The position numbers were made by a program, and so were the translations under genes. The notes beneath the pieces are model-generated. The model was not told the DNA's origin and did not search any database. It worked only from the letters and a program-made list of their open reading frames with translations. This document shows positions 10,488 through 20,465 of a stretch of DNA of 64,000 nucleotides, piece after piece. Position 1 is the first letter of the stretch. Every line of letters begins with the position of its first letter. This DNA comes from Planctomycetota bacterium (GTDB lineage Bacteria; Planctomycetota; UBA11346). The stretch lies in NCBI GenBank assembly GCA_038231435.1, contig JBBRLJ010000002.1, forward strand, positions 96,001-160,000. The letters run 5' to 3'.

Positions 10488-11908
10488 GCGCAGGAGCGAG
10501 CCCACCCGTCTCCACCTCGCCAGCGGCCTCTCCGCCTGCCTCCCTGTCCAGAAGGATCCGCTCGCAATCCCCGTGGCGCGAGTCCTGGCGTCGCCTGCGC
10601 CGCGACCGCGTCGCCATGGCCGGCCTGGTGATCGCCGCCGCGATGGTGCTGGCCTGCCTGGCCGCGCCGCTGCTCGCGCCATGCGCACCGGCCGAACCGC
10701 GGCATTGGCTCGGCGCGCACGCGCCCGGCTTCGCCCATCCGGATTGCCGCGAGCTCAACGAGCTGGTGCCTGGGCGCGGCCTCGAACTGTCCGAGCGCGC
10801 GCCGGCTGCCGGACATCTCGAGATCGATGCGCTGGATCTGCCGGCGGACGCCCAGCCCACCACCTATCGGCTGCTTCTGCGCCGCGGCGTGGTGCAGATC
10901 ACCAAGGGCGCCGATCGCATCGACACGCTCGATCTGAGCCCGCCCGGCACCGTGGCGACGCTGATCGACCCATCGGGCAATCCCGGGCAGGCCGTCTCGG
11001 GCATGGTGATCACCAGCGCCGAGCCTCCGCCGCCTGGGTTGTTCGCGCCCGACGAGCAGGTGGTGCTGCTGCGCGTGACCCCGGTCGCGCGCACCGTGAC
11101 CTGGACGGCCGATGTCGCGCGCGGCACGGTGGTGGCCCTCAGCCGCGATGGTGCGCCGGTGGCCTCGACCACCATCCGCGGCGAGGACATACGCCGCGTC
11201 GCGTGGAACGGCCGTGAGTTGCGGCTGCGCCATCTCCTGGGCACCGATGTCCAGGGCCGCGACCTGCTCGCGCGCATCCTCTACGGTGGCCGCATCTCGC
11301 TGATGGTCGGCGCGGTCGCGACCCTAGTCAGCCTGCTCATCGGCGTGCTCTACGGCGCGATCGCCGGCTACGTCGGCGGACGGACCGACCGCGGCATGAT
11401 GGCGGGCATCGACGTGCTCTACGCCATCCCCTTCATGTTCCTGGTCATCCTGCTGCTGGTGTACTGCGGCCGCAGCCTGGTGGTGCTGTTCGTCGCGCTC
11501 GGGGCGGTGCAATGGCTGACCATGGCGCGCATCGTGCGCGGCCAGGTGCTGTCGCTGGGCCAGCGGGACTTCATCCTCGCGGCGCGCGCCGGTGGCGCGA
11601 GCCCCCTGCGCATCATCGCGCGCCATCTCATCCCCAACTGCCTGGGACCGGTGATCGTCTACGGCACCCTGACGGTGCCGATGGTGATCATGGAGGAGAG
11701 CTTCCTCGCCTTCATCGGGCTCGGCGTGCAGCAGAACGGCGTCGATTCGTGGGGCGCGCTCATCCAGCAGGGGCATGCCGATCTCACCCGCGAACGCACC
11801 TGGTTGCTGGTCTACCCCGCGCTGGCCATGACCGGCACGCTGCTCGCGCTCAACTGCCTCGGCGAGGGCCTGCGCGACGCCCTGGATCCCCGTGACCGTG
11901 GACGCTGA
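10484..11908 (+). CDS. oppC: oligopeptide ABC transporter permease with periplasmic insertion
   Basis: ATGA overlap with oppB; HLLGTD..GRD, GGRISL, RHLIPN, LRDALDPR. Confidence 0.9.
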   Translation: MSAGASPPVSTSPAASPPASLSRRIRSQSPWRESWRRLRRDRVAMAGLVIAAAMVLACLAAPLLAPCAPAEPRHWLGAHAPGFAHPDCRELNELVPGRGLELSERAPAAGHLEIDALDLPADAQPTTYRLLLRRGVVQITKGADRIDTLDLSPPGTVATLIDPSGNPGQAVSGMVITSAEPPPPGLFAPDEQVVLLRVTPVARTVTWTADVARGTVVALSRDGAPVASTTIRGEDIRRVAWNGRELRLRHLLGTDVQGRDLLARILYGGRISLMVGAVATLVSLLIGVLYGAIAGYVGGRTDRGMMAGIDVLYAIPFMFLVILLLVYCGRSLVVLFVALGAVQWLTMARIVRGQVLSLGQRDFILAARAGGASPLRIIARHLIPNCLGPVIVYGTLTVPMVIMEESFLAFIGLGVQQNGVDSWGALIQQGHADLTRERTWLLVYPALAMTGTLLALNCLGEGLRDALDPRDRGR

Positions 11909-11922
11909 TCACGCGCGCAGTG

Positions 11923-12243
11923 CTACTCCAGCTTGACGGCCGTCCCGTAGCACAGCACTTCCGTCGAAGCCTTCTGCCCGCCGATCTCGGTGGCGTCGTA
12001 ATGCACGCCGACGATTGCGTTGGCGCCGATGGCGAGCGCGTGTTCGACCATCAGGTCGTAGGATTGCTGCCTGGCCTGCTCGCACATCTCGGTGAACGAG
12101 CCGATGTTGCCGCCGATGATCGACTTCAATCCGCCGAGGATGCCCTGGGTGATGGTCGGGGCGCGCACGATCAGTCCGCGCACGATGCCCTTGTACTCGA
12201 CGATGCGCCGGCCTTCGATGGAGAAGGTGGTGGAGACGATCAT
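11923..12243 (-). CDS. YbjQ/UPF0145 family protein
   Basis: IVSTT..IEG..I..YKG, IIGG, GANAIVG, EVLCYGTAV. Confidence 0.93.
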   Translation of the reverse strand: MIVSTTFSIEGRRIVEYKGIVRGLIVRAPTITQGILGGLKSIIGGNIGSFTEMCEQARQQSYDLMVEHALAIGANAIVGVHYDATEIGGQKASTEVLCYGTAVKLE

Positions 12244-12308
12244 GGGTTTCCCTTTGGAACACTGGCGGTGAGCGGGCGCCAGGAACCATGCCCATCCTCA
12301 GCTTGGAT

Positions 12309-13049
12309 TCAATGCCACTCGTTGCCGGGAAACAGGGTGATGCGCTTGTAGACCGTCCCCGCCGGGCGCGTCAGCACGAACTCCACCAGTTCCGCGATCT
12401 CGCGCGGGCTGATCAATTTCTCGCGATCCCCAGGGTAGGGATTCGCGCCGTCGGGGCCCGTCCACAACGGCGTGTCGATGCCGCCAGGGCAGATGGTGGA
12501 GACCGTGATGCCCGCGGGCAGCAGCTCCTGCGCGAGGGCTTCGGCGAATCCGACCATGCCATGCTTGGACGCGCAGTACGCCGCCTGGCCGGGGATGCCG
12601 CGCGTGCCGGCCACCGAGGCGATGTTCACGATGCGTCCGGCGCGGCGCGCGAGCATGCGCGGCACCACCGCATGGGTCACCCACAACGTGCCCTTCAGGT
12701 TGGTGTCGATGATCGCGGCGATGGTCGCCGGATCCTGCTCGGCGAAAGCGCGCATCTCGAATACCGCCGCGTTGTTCACCAACGCGGTGATCGGACCGAG
12801 CTCCGACTCCACCCGTGCGACCGCCGCCGTGATCGCGGCATGGTCGGTCACGTCCGCGACCACCGGCTGGATGCCGGCCTGGCGTGCGGACAAGGCGGCG
12901 AGCTTGCTCGCCGAACGGGCCACCGCCGCCACGCGCCAACCGCGGCTCGCCAGCAGCACGCACAGCTCCTCGCCGACGCCGCTCGAAGCGCCGGTGATCA
13001 GCGCGACCGGCGTCGGCTGCCCTCTCGGCGCGATGGGTTCACTGGGCAT
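12309..13049 (-). CDS. short-chain dehydrogenase/reductase
   Basis: TGASSGVG, NNAA, YCASK motifs; start overlaps the end of phyH. Confidence 0.92.
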   Translation of the reverse strand: MPSEPIAPRGQPTPVALITGASSGVGEELCVLLASRGWRVAAVARSASKLAALSARQAGIQPVVADVTDHAAITAAVARVESELGPITALVNNAAVFEMRAFAEQDPATIAAIIDTNLKGTLWVTHAVVPRMLARRAGRIVNIASVAGTRGIPGQAAYCASKHGMVGFAEALAQELLPAGITVSTICPGGIDTPLWTGPDGANPYPGDREKLISPREIAELVEFVLTRPAGTVYKRITLFPGNEWH

Positions 13050-13881
13050 CGGTGCGCGTTTCGCCGTAGAACCAGGTGGCGCCTGGAGCGGGAACGATCG
13101 GCGTGCGGCCATCCGCGAGTTCGACCGGGCTCTGGCGCTGGAAGCCGAGCAGACGGATCATGGTGGCAGATGCCTCCTGGACGAGCGCCGGTTCGATCGA
13201 ACGCTTGTGGTCGGTCTGGGGCTTGAGCCAGCTGCGGATGTAGAAGCACAGCACCGCGCGACGCAGGGCCTGGCTGCGGTTGGCTCCGCCGGCATGGAAG
13301 GTCCGGGCGTCGAACAGGATCATCGAGCCAGCGGGAGCGACCGCCGGGATAGACGGTTCGTCGCCGCTCGCATCGGCGCGCGCGTGGCTGCCCGGCACGA
13401 TCAGGGTCGCGCCGTTCTCAGCGGTGAACTCGTCCACGCACCACGCCACCTGCACTCCGATCGGCACTTCCAGCCATGGCATCGACGGGCCCCAGATGTT
13501 CATGTCGCGGTGCAGGCCCTGAGCCGCGCCGCCGGGCTTGCGCGAGCCCTGGTTGCAGGAGCTGAGGATGCAGTCGTCGCCGAGCAGGCCCTCGACCGTG
13601 GCCAGCACCAGCGGCTGCTGGGCGAGTTCGCGGAAGATCGGCGCCTTGGCCACCAGGTTGGTCTCGCCGTAGTTGTCGGGGTTATCGTCGATGCCGATCT
13701 TGCCCGCGAGCCTGGCATCGATGGCGGCGCGCAGCTGAGCCAGCTGCCGGTCGTCGATGAGCCGGGGCATGATGGTGTACCCCTGCTCGCGCAGTTCGCG
13801 CTGGTGGGCGGCAACGCGCGCGGGATCAGGGCCGGTTCCGATCGACGGTTCCGTGGACGGCTCGGCTACGCTCGTGGCCAT
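13039..13881 (-). CDS. phytanoyl-CoA dioxygenase (PhyH) family Fe(II)/2OG oxygenase
   Basis: LHRD (HxD), NGAT..VPGSH, FHAGGAN; AGGAG SD. Confidence 0.9.
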   Translation of the reverse strand: MATSVAEPSTEPSIGTGPDPARVAAHQRELREQGYTIMPRLIDDRQLAQLRAAIDARLAGKIGIDDNPDNYGETNLVAKAPIFRELAQQPLVLATVEGLLGDDCILSSCNQGSRKPGGAAQGLHRDMNIWGPSMPWLEVPIGVQVAWCVDEFTAENGATLIVPGSHARADASGDEPSIPAVAPAGSMILFDARTFHAGGANRSQALRRAVLCFYIRSWLKPQTDHKRSIEPALVQEASATMIRLLGFQRQSPVELADGRTPIVPAPGATWFYGETRTDAQ

Positions 13882-14058
13882 GGTGCTCTCCTGCCCCGCA
13901 TCCTAAGCATCGGCGGCCGAGTCGGCCATGGCCGATACGCGGGTAAATGTGTACTTTCCGCGCTACCCACTTACGGCCTTCGTCGCCTACCAGGGTGATG
14001 GCTCGGTGGGCATGCACGAAGCGCGTGCAGGCGGCCTAGGCGGCGCCATCATCCAGAC

Positions 14059-14904
14059 ATGCCGGTGCTCGATCTCGACCTCCTGCATGTCCGCATCGTC
14101 GCCCAGGGCCGGGCCTCGCTGTGGCCGTGGTGGCATCTGCGCCAGCGCAGCACTCCGGGATGGGTGCTCTATGCGGATGATCGCGACGGCGCCCGCCTGG
14201 TCGTCGCCGGGCGGGCCCATCCCCTGCGCGCTGGACGCGTGACTGTCATCCCACCCGACACGGTCTTCGATTCGATTCCGGGACCGGATGTCCATCAGGT
14301 GTACTTCCACGTCGATCTGCTGGGCCTGCCCGCGTCCACCGCCGCGGAACTGCTGCCCGCACCGCTCGACCTCGGCGCTGATCCGATCCTCGCCGCACAG
14401 GCAGCGAGGCTGCACGCGCTGATGCCGGACATGCGGCTGCCTCAGCCGCCAGAGCCGCCGCCACCGTCCCTGCCCCTGCTCGGGCTCGCCTTCGTCCATC
14501 AGGCCTTCGCGCGGCTGCTCGAATGCTCGCCGCGCGCACGGCGCGTCGCCTGGAGCGCGCGTCTGCGCGCGCACGGGCCACTGTCGCCGGCGCTGCGTCA
14601 CATCGACGACCACATCGGCGAGCCGCTCTACGCCGCCGGCCTCGCCGGGATGTGCCGCATGGGTCCACAATGGTTCACCGCGCGGTTCCGTGCCGCCGTC
14701 GGCCTCACCCCTGCTCAGTACATCCTCGAACGCCGCACCGCGGTGGCGGCGCAGCGCCTCGCCTTCAGCGACGAATCCATCGAGGACATCGCCACCGCCT
14801 GCGGCTTCGCCGACCGCTCGCACTTCACCCGGATATTCACACGCCGGCGCGGCATCGCTCCCGCCGCCTACCGTCGGCGCGAGCAGCTGCGCTTCCTCGC
14901 GTGA
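14059..14904 (+). CDS. AraC family transcriptional regulator
   Basis: cupin N-domain; C-terminal IA..CGFADRSHFTRIF....G..P..YR. Confidence 0.9.
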   Translation: MPVLDLDLLHVRIVAQGRASLWPWWHLRQRSTPGWVLYADDRDGARLVVAGRAHPLRAGRVTVIPPDTVFDSIPGPDVHQVYFHVDLLGLPASTAAELLPAPLDLGADPILAAQAARLHALMPDMRLPQPPEPPPPSLPLLGLAFVHQAFARLLECSPRARRVAWSARLRAHGPLSPALRHIDDHIGEPLYAAGLAGMCRMGPQWFTARFRAAVGLTPAQYILERRTAVAAQRLAFSDESIEDIATACGFADRSHFTRIFTRRRGIAPAAYRRREQLRFLA

Positions 14905-14953
14905 ACGCTGCCACCGGGATCGTCGGTACGGCCGGCGATGCGCGGCATGCCGC

Positions 14954-16990
14954 TCAGCGCGCCGCCGCCGCGCGTGGCGCGGCCGTGGCTTGCCTCGAAG
15001 CCGCGTGCGCGCCGTCGCTCAGACGCATGCCCGCGCGCAGCATGACCTGCTCGGCGAGGTGCAGTGGCGTGGCGAAGCGCGCTTCGATCGCGTCGGCGTC
15101 CTCGCCCAGGATCAGGCGCCGGAAGGAGATCTCGGGCGCCAGGTTGTAGAACACCGACGCCTGCACGCGCGCCTCCTGGTCACCCCCCTCGCGGCGTTTC
15201 CGCCAATCCGCGCCGAGATAAAATTCCAACCAGTCGCGGTAGCGCTCCGGCTGCTCGCGTTCCCAGGTCTTCGCCACGCCGGCGAGCCGCGCGTGATCGC
15301 CGTGATCGCGCAGCAGGGCGCACCACTCCGGAAAATTCCCCGCGAAGATGTACGGATTGCGGGTCGCGGCGGTGGCGAACGAGATCTCACGCCAGCTCAC
15401 CAGCGCCTGCACGCCGAGCAGCCCGCGCCGCTGATCGGCGGCGCCAGGCGAACCGTGCGCGAAGAGCGGCACGCACGGCTGCGACCAGGTCGTCATCGTC
15501 GCCAGGCGCAGGCTCATCGCCGTCGCGGTCGGCTGGAGATCGCGCACGCCGGCGATCCAGGCAGGCAGCTCGAGCGAACCCAGCAGACCGATCGCGGTGC
15601 GCGCGGCGAGGTAGCGCAGGCGCGCGGCGCCGGCGCGGTCGCCTTCGCCGATGTCCTCGTTGACGCGCAGCCGCGCCTCGGCGAGCAGGCCCTCGAGACC
15701 GTTGTGCACGCAGTCGGCGTTCCACATCCAGCCGCGCGGATCCGACCACGCGCTGCACAGCGCCCAGTCATGGAAGACCTCGGCGTACGCGGCCAGATCG
15801 GCGCGCTGACGGCGGCAGGCCTTCGCGGTGCGCAGCGCCGGGACCGCGATTCCGGGGACTCCGCATTCGACGGCGCGCGCGAGCCCCGACAGCGCCAGGC
15901 CGTTGTACCAGTCGACGTCGTAGCACGCGTCGCCGTTGTGGTCCCACATCTGGCGCAGGCGCGCCCAGGGACGCTTCGAGGCGGGTTCGACGATGCGCTC
16001 GACACCGGCCCGCAACGCCGCCGCATCGGGTGGAGCCAGGCGCGCGATCAGCTGCGCGCGCAGGTCATCGGGCACCTGGCCGATCAGCGGCGCCCAGGTG
16101 CGCAGCGCCAGCAGCTGGTCCATCGCCGTGCCGGGTTCCCAGGTGGCGTCGCCCGCATAGGCGAGTTCCTCGGGCGCTTCCGTCAGCGCACCCGCCACCG
16201 CGCGCGTGGCTTCGAGCCGCGCGCCGATCCAGCGCGTGTCGACGTCTACCGTCCAGCTCGGACCGTCCACCACCGCGAACGGTCCACACCAGGTGCTCAG
16301 CAGCGTGGTGCGCGGCTGGGACGAGCGCGCCAGCGTGCCGCTCGGATCGAGCAGGGCGAGGAACGGCGGCAGCGGCGCCAGGGTCGCGCCCGGGAATATG
16401 CACGAGATGGTGATCGCATCCTCGCGCTCCCCGAAGCGTTCATCTGCGCGCAGGGGCGGATGCTCGGCGAGCGCCAGCCACATGGCGAGGCGGGCGGCAG
16501 TGCGCGGAGCGTCCTCGGCGGACAGCAACGGCACGATCATCAGTCCACCGCCCTTGCGGGTGAAATCGACCTGCCAGTGCATGTGGCTGACCACGGTGAT
16601 CCTGCGCACCGGGACGCTGGCGACGATCAGCACCGGCAGGTTTGGGGTCTGCGCCAGCCAGCAGCGGTGGCCCTTGGCGTCGGCGAGGCCGCGCGCATCG
16701 AACCAGCCGCCATCGGCGAGATCTTCGATACGCTGCGGCTCGGCGCCCGATGGCCAACGCAGACGCATGCTCGTACCGCGCGTCGCCAGCAGCGGACCGG
16801 GCAGGGTGGTGCGCAGTTCGACCGACACGTCACCGCCGGTCCATGCGTAATCGATGCGGCGGCCCGTCCAGGTGCGCGCGCTCTGACGCACGCGGTAGGA
16901 CGCGGGCAGTTCGAGGTTCAATAGCGGCTTGGCCTCAGCCCCCAGCGTGACGATCTCGAAACCGCGCCACGCGCAGGTGGCGAGCGCCAT
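14954..16990 (-). CDS. hypothetical protein (678 aa), Trp-rich, possibly an alpha-toroid carbohydrate-active enzyme
   Basis: long ORF with normal composition; no family recognised; start re-chosen at MALATC. Confidence 0.7.
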   Translation of the reverse strand: MALATCAWRGFEIVTLGAEAKPLLNLELPASYRVRQSARTWTGRRIDYAWTGGDVSVELRTTLPGPLLATRGTSMRLRWPSGAEPQRIEDLADGGWFDARGLADAKGHRCWLAQTPNLPVLIVASVPVRRITVVSHMHWQVDFTRKGGGLMIVPLLSAEDAPRTAARLAMWLALAEHPPLRADERFGEREDAITISCIFPGATLAPLPPFLALLDPSGTLARSSQPRTTLLSTWCGPFAVVDGPSWTVDVDTRWIGARLEATRAVAGALTEAPEELAYAGDATWEPGTAMDQLLALRTWAPLIGQVPDDLRAQLIARLAPPDAAALRAGVERIVEPASKRPWARLRQMWDHNGDACYDVDWYNGLALSGLARAVECGVPGIAVPALRTAKACRRQRADLAAYAEVFHDWALCSAWSDPRGWMWNADCVHNGLEGLLAEARLRVNEDIGEGDRAGAARLRYLAARTAIGLLGSLELPAWIAGVRDLQPTATAMSLRLATMTTWSQPCVPLFAHGSPGAADQRRGLLGVQALVSWREISFATAATRNPYIFAGNFPEWCALLRDHGDHARLAGVAKTWEREQPERYRDWLEFYLGADWRKRREGGDQEARVQASVFYNLAPEISFRRLILGEDADAIEARFATPLHLAEQVMLRAGMRLSDGAHAASRQATAAPRAAAAR

Positions 16991-17288
16991 GATCTCGTCA
17001 CCGGCGCTCTCGCGGTAGCGGCCGTTGCCGCTCACCGAAGTGCGGCCGTCGCAGCCGTGCTGCCAGATAGTCCGCGGACTGCTTCGCGAGCCGCCTCGCG
17101 CGCCACTGCGCGCACTGCGCGTCGAGCCGCGCATGTCGCCTTGCGCAGCGGATTTCGCAGACGCCCGGCCCACGCTCAGTGCCCTCCTGCCGATGCCGAT
17201 CTCGCCGCCGAGCCCTTCGCCGAGGGATGCCAGATGCATGTGTTCTTCTGATCTGACGGCCGTGATGCGCCGCCCGCAGGAGGGATCG

Positions 17289-18242
17289 TCATGAATGCCG
17301 CGCCGCACGACTGGCGGGCACGTGTTCGGCGTCCAGCAGGGGCGCGAGGAAGCCGTGCGCGCGGCGCAGCGCATCGTGCCGTCCGGCGAGATCGGCCTCG
17401 AATTCGCGATCCTCGACTTCGACGCAGACCGGGCCGTCATAGCCGACCGCAGCCAGCGCGCTGATGAAGCGTGGCCAATCGATGTCGCCACGCCCCGGCA
17501 AGACCGGTTGGTGATAAGCGAGCGGAGCGGCCATGATGCCGACCTCAGCCAGGCGGGCATAATCGACGCGCACATCCTTGGCATGGACATGGTGGATGCG
17601 TGGGCCGAATTCGCGCAACGGAGCGAGATGGTCGATGCGCTGCCAGACCAGGTGCGACGGATCGAAGTTGAGGCCGAAGCAGGGATCCGGGATATCGTCG
17701 AACATGCGCCGCCAGAGGCCGGGGCTCGAGGCCAGGTTCTTGCCCCCCGGCCATTCGTCGGCGGTGAACAGCATCGGGCAATTCTCGATGCCGAGGCGCA
17801 GGCCCAGTGCGCTGGCCTCGGCGACGAGCGGACGCCAGACCTCCAGGAAGCGGGGCCAGTTGTCGTCCACCGAGGCACGCCAGTCGCGCCCGATGAAGGT
17901 GTTGACGCGATCGATCCCGAGGCGCTTCGCCGCGTGCATGACCTTCCGCAGGTGCGCGACGCAGGTGCGCGACTCGTCAGCGTCGGGGGAGAGCGGGTTG
18001 GGATAATATCCCAGGGCGCTGATCGTCACCTGATGGCGCGCCAGCTGCTCGTGGATGCGCGCTACGGCGGCGTCATCGAGCGCATCGACATCGATGTGCG
18101 TGACTCCGGCATAGCGCCGCTCGGCGCGGCCGCGGGGCCAGCACATCACCTCGACGCAACGGTATCCCTGGGTGGCGGCGAGCACCAGCACCTGTTCGAA
18201 GCTCTGGTCGGGTAGGATCGCGCTGACGAATCCAAGCTGCAT
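17289..18242 (-). CDS. sugar phosphate isomerase/epimerase (xylose isomerase-like TIM barrel)
   Basis: IENCPM..WPGG.NLA, FDPSHL, HVHAKD, EVED metal ligands. Confidence 0.9.
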   Translation of the reverse strand: MQLGFVSAILPDQSFEQVLVLAATQGYRCVEVMCWPRGRAERRYAGVTHIDVDALDDAAVARIHEQLARHQVTISALGYYPNPLSPDADESRTCVAHLRKVMHAAKRLGIDRVNTFIGRDWRASVDDNWPRFLEVWRPLVAEASALGLRLGIENCPMLFTADEWPGGKNLASSPGLWRRMFDDIPDPCFGLNFDPSHLVWQRIDHLAPLREFGPRIHHVHAKDVRVDYARLAEVGIMAAPLAYHQPVLPGRGDIDWPRFISALAAVGYDGPVCVEVEDREFEADLAGRHDALRRAHGFLAPLLDAEHVPASRAARHS

Positions 18243-18269
18243 GGCGTGGCTCCTGACGGTGCCGGGTGA

Positions 18270-19424
18270 TCAGCGGGACACGGAGGTCCAGCGTTGCGTG
18301 CGGTGACTGGCGAGAATGGCGTCGCAGAGGGCGAGCTCGCGGTGGCCATCGGCGAAGGTCGGGTAACCCGGACCGTCGGCGCTCACGCGACCTGCCACCG
18401 CGTCGTAGAACGTGCGGAAGCATTGCTTGAAGGTGTCGGGGAAGCCTTCGACGTGGCCGCCGGGGTAGCTGGCGTGCGCAGCGGCCATCGGCGCGAGCAG
18501 CGTCGGGTCGCGGATCAGGTGCTGGCTTGGTCCATCGCGCCGGCCGATCCATAACGACTCCGGGGATTCGCTGTCCCAGGCGAGGTTTCCCTGTTCAGCG
18601 GCGATCTCGTAACGCAGGCAGTTTTTTCGTCCGGCTGCCACCTGCGAAACGAACAACGATGCGCGAACGCCACCGGTCAGACGCATCAGGACATTGCCGC
18701 AGTCGTCGGTGGTGATGGGTATGGTGTCTCTCTCAGTGCTCACCTCGGTCGACGCGCCACCGGCGAACGTCGTCACCTCGCTGCAAGGCCGGCTGCGCCG
18801 CGGGTGCACAGTGCACAGATCGGCCATCACGCTGTCGATCTCGAGACCGGTGAGTGTGCGGATGAGATCGAGCCAATGCGTGCCGATGTCGGCGACGGCC
18901 CGCAGGTCGCCGCCCTGGTCTGCCAGGACCCGCCAATTGTAGTCGCTGGTCTTCAGCAGCCAGTCTTGGGTGTAGCTGCCGTGGATGGACAGGATCCGTC
19001 CCAACGCTCCACTGCGCAGCAGGTGTCGGGCATGCAGATTGAGCGGATAATAGCGCACGTTGTAGCACACCCCGGCCTGTAGGCCGCTGGCTCCAGCGCG
19101 CGCCACCAGATCGGCTGATTGGCGCGCATCCATCGCCAGGGGCTTTTCGCACAGCACATGCTTGCCCGCGGCCAGGGCCCGGCAGGTCAGATCATAATGC
19201 AGGACGTTGGGTACCGCGAGATGGACCACCGACACCATCGGATCAGCAAGCAGATCGTCGTAGTCGCGGTAGGCGCGCGGAAGGCCTAAGGCTCCACGCG
19301 CACGCTCGGACTTGACCGGATCGCTGCCGAGGATCCCGGCGATGCCGATACCGAGCCGGCGCAGAGCCTCGACATGTACCGGGGCGATGAAGCCCGTGCC
19401 GACGACCGCAGCGGCCAAGGTCAT
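18270..19424 (-). CDS. Gfo/Idh/MocA family oxidoreductase
   Basis: GTGFIA, HVLCEKP, DIGTHWLD; ATGA overlap with aldolase. Confidence 0.92.
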   Translation of the reverse strand: MTLAAAVVGTGFIAPVHVEALRRLGIGIAGILGSDPVKSERARGALGLPRAYRDYDDLLADPMVSVVHLAVPNVLHYDLTCRALAAGKHVLCEKPLAMDARQSADLVARAGASGLQAGVCYNVRYYPLNLHARHLLRSGALGRILSIHGSYTQDWLLKTSDYNWRVLADQGGDLRAVADIGTHWLDLIRTLTGLEIDSVMADLCTVHPRRSRPCSEVTTFAGGASTEVSTERDTIPITTDDCGNVLMRLTGGVRASLFVSQVAAGRKNCLRYEIAAEQGNLAWDSESPESLWIGRRDGPSQHLIRDPTLLAPMAAAHASYPGGHVEGFPDTFKQCFRTFYDAVAGRVSADGPGYPTFADGHRELALCDAILASHRTQRWTSVSR

Positions 19425-20455
19425 GAAGCGGTTCCCGCGCGTGCGGTAAGCCCGAGCGCTGCTTGCAGGCAGCTCGGTCCTCGTCCGGCCGATCCCAGCA
19501 TCGCCATGCGTTGGCAGACGATTGGGACATACGCCCGTGACACCGCGCTCTGCACGCCATGGTCCATCGCCGTCACCTTGAAGTCGCGATGCCGCGGGTC
19601 GATGCAGGGTCCGTTGGCGCTCCAATACTCGCGCGCCGCTGTCGCGCGGATCAGCAGGGATTCGCTCGACCAGTTCACCTTCGTCACTCCGGCCGCGACA
19701 CCCTCGCGCAGCTGCGCTTCGCCCAAGCCGGTCGATCCGTGCAAGGCGACGCCCATGGTGCGAGCGCAGATGCCTTCGATGAGCGCCTTGGCCTTGGCCA
19801 CCGCCGTGGGCGAGAAGGTGGGAAAGCCATCAGCGCTGAACCCGTGCTGCGTGCCGATGCCTGGGGCGAAAAGGGCGAGATACCCGGGATGGCGTCGCTC
19901 CAGTCCTTCCACCAGACGTTCGATCACCGCGAGTTCAGTGATGCCATCATCGACGCCAGCCTCCATCTCGCAGGTCAGCGGAACCCCGTGCGCCTCGGCG
20001 TGACGGATCAGCGCCGACAGGGTGTCGATGTTCTGCTCCTCGCTCAGCTCGCTGGCATCCAACGAGATGCTGGATGCGCGCAGGGTCGCCGTGCTGCCCT
20101 GGTTGCGCAGGGGCAGCCCGCTGATGGCCGCGCTGATGATGCGCAGAGTGTCCGGTCCCTTGATGTGATCGGTGTGGAAGATCACGGGAATGCCGGCATA
20201 GGCCGGGTCCTCGGCCAGGACGCTGATGTCAGCGAGATAGCGGGCAAGACCACGCAGCGGATCGCCCGCGCCGAAACTGTGGCCTTTGAGCTGCCACAGG
20301 CTGGTCTCGACGATCACCGGGGCTTGCGCCAGACGCGCGCCTTCCAACACATCGCCAATGCACGCCGGGCTGTCGGCGTTCACCGCCAGGATGGCGAAAC
20401 GTTCACGTGCGGCGAGGTCGTAGACGGCGCGGGCCTGGATGGGATCGAGGAGCAT
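19421..20455 (-). CDS. class II fructose-bisphosphate aldolase family protein
   Basis: HTDH, DAS, EMEAG, GTQHG, ALHGSTG, TKVN motifs. Confidence 0.85.
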   Translation of the reverse strand: MLLDPIQARAVYDLAARERFAILAVNADSPACIGDVLEGARLAQAPVIVETSLWQLKGHSFGAGDPLRGLARYLADISVLAEDPAYAGIPVIFHTDHIKGPDTLRIISAAISGLPLRNQGSTATLRASSISLDASELSEEQNIDTLSALIRHAEAHGVPLTCEMEAGVDDGITELAVIERLVEGLERRHPGYLALFAPGIGTQHGFSADGFPTFSPTAVAKAKALIEGICARTMGVALHGSTGLGEAQLREGVAAGVTKVNWSSESLLIRATAAREYWSANGPCIDPRHRDFKVTAMDHGVQSAVSRAYVPIVCQRMAMLGSAGRGPSCLQAALGLTARAGTAS

Positions 20456-20465
20456 GGCGATCCTT

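Noticed and set aside
16991..17878. N-terminal extension of the 974-aa ORF suggesting a fusion or frameshift
   Set aside because: Overlaps the TIM-barrel gene in another frame and is Arg/Ser-rich noise; true start placed at 16990.
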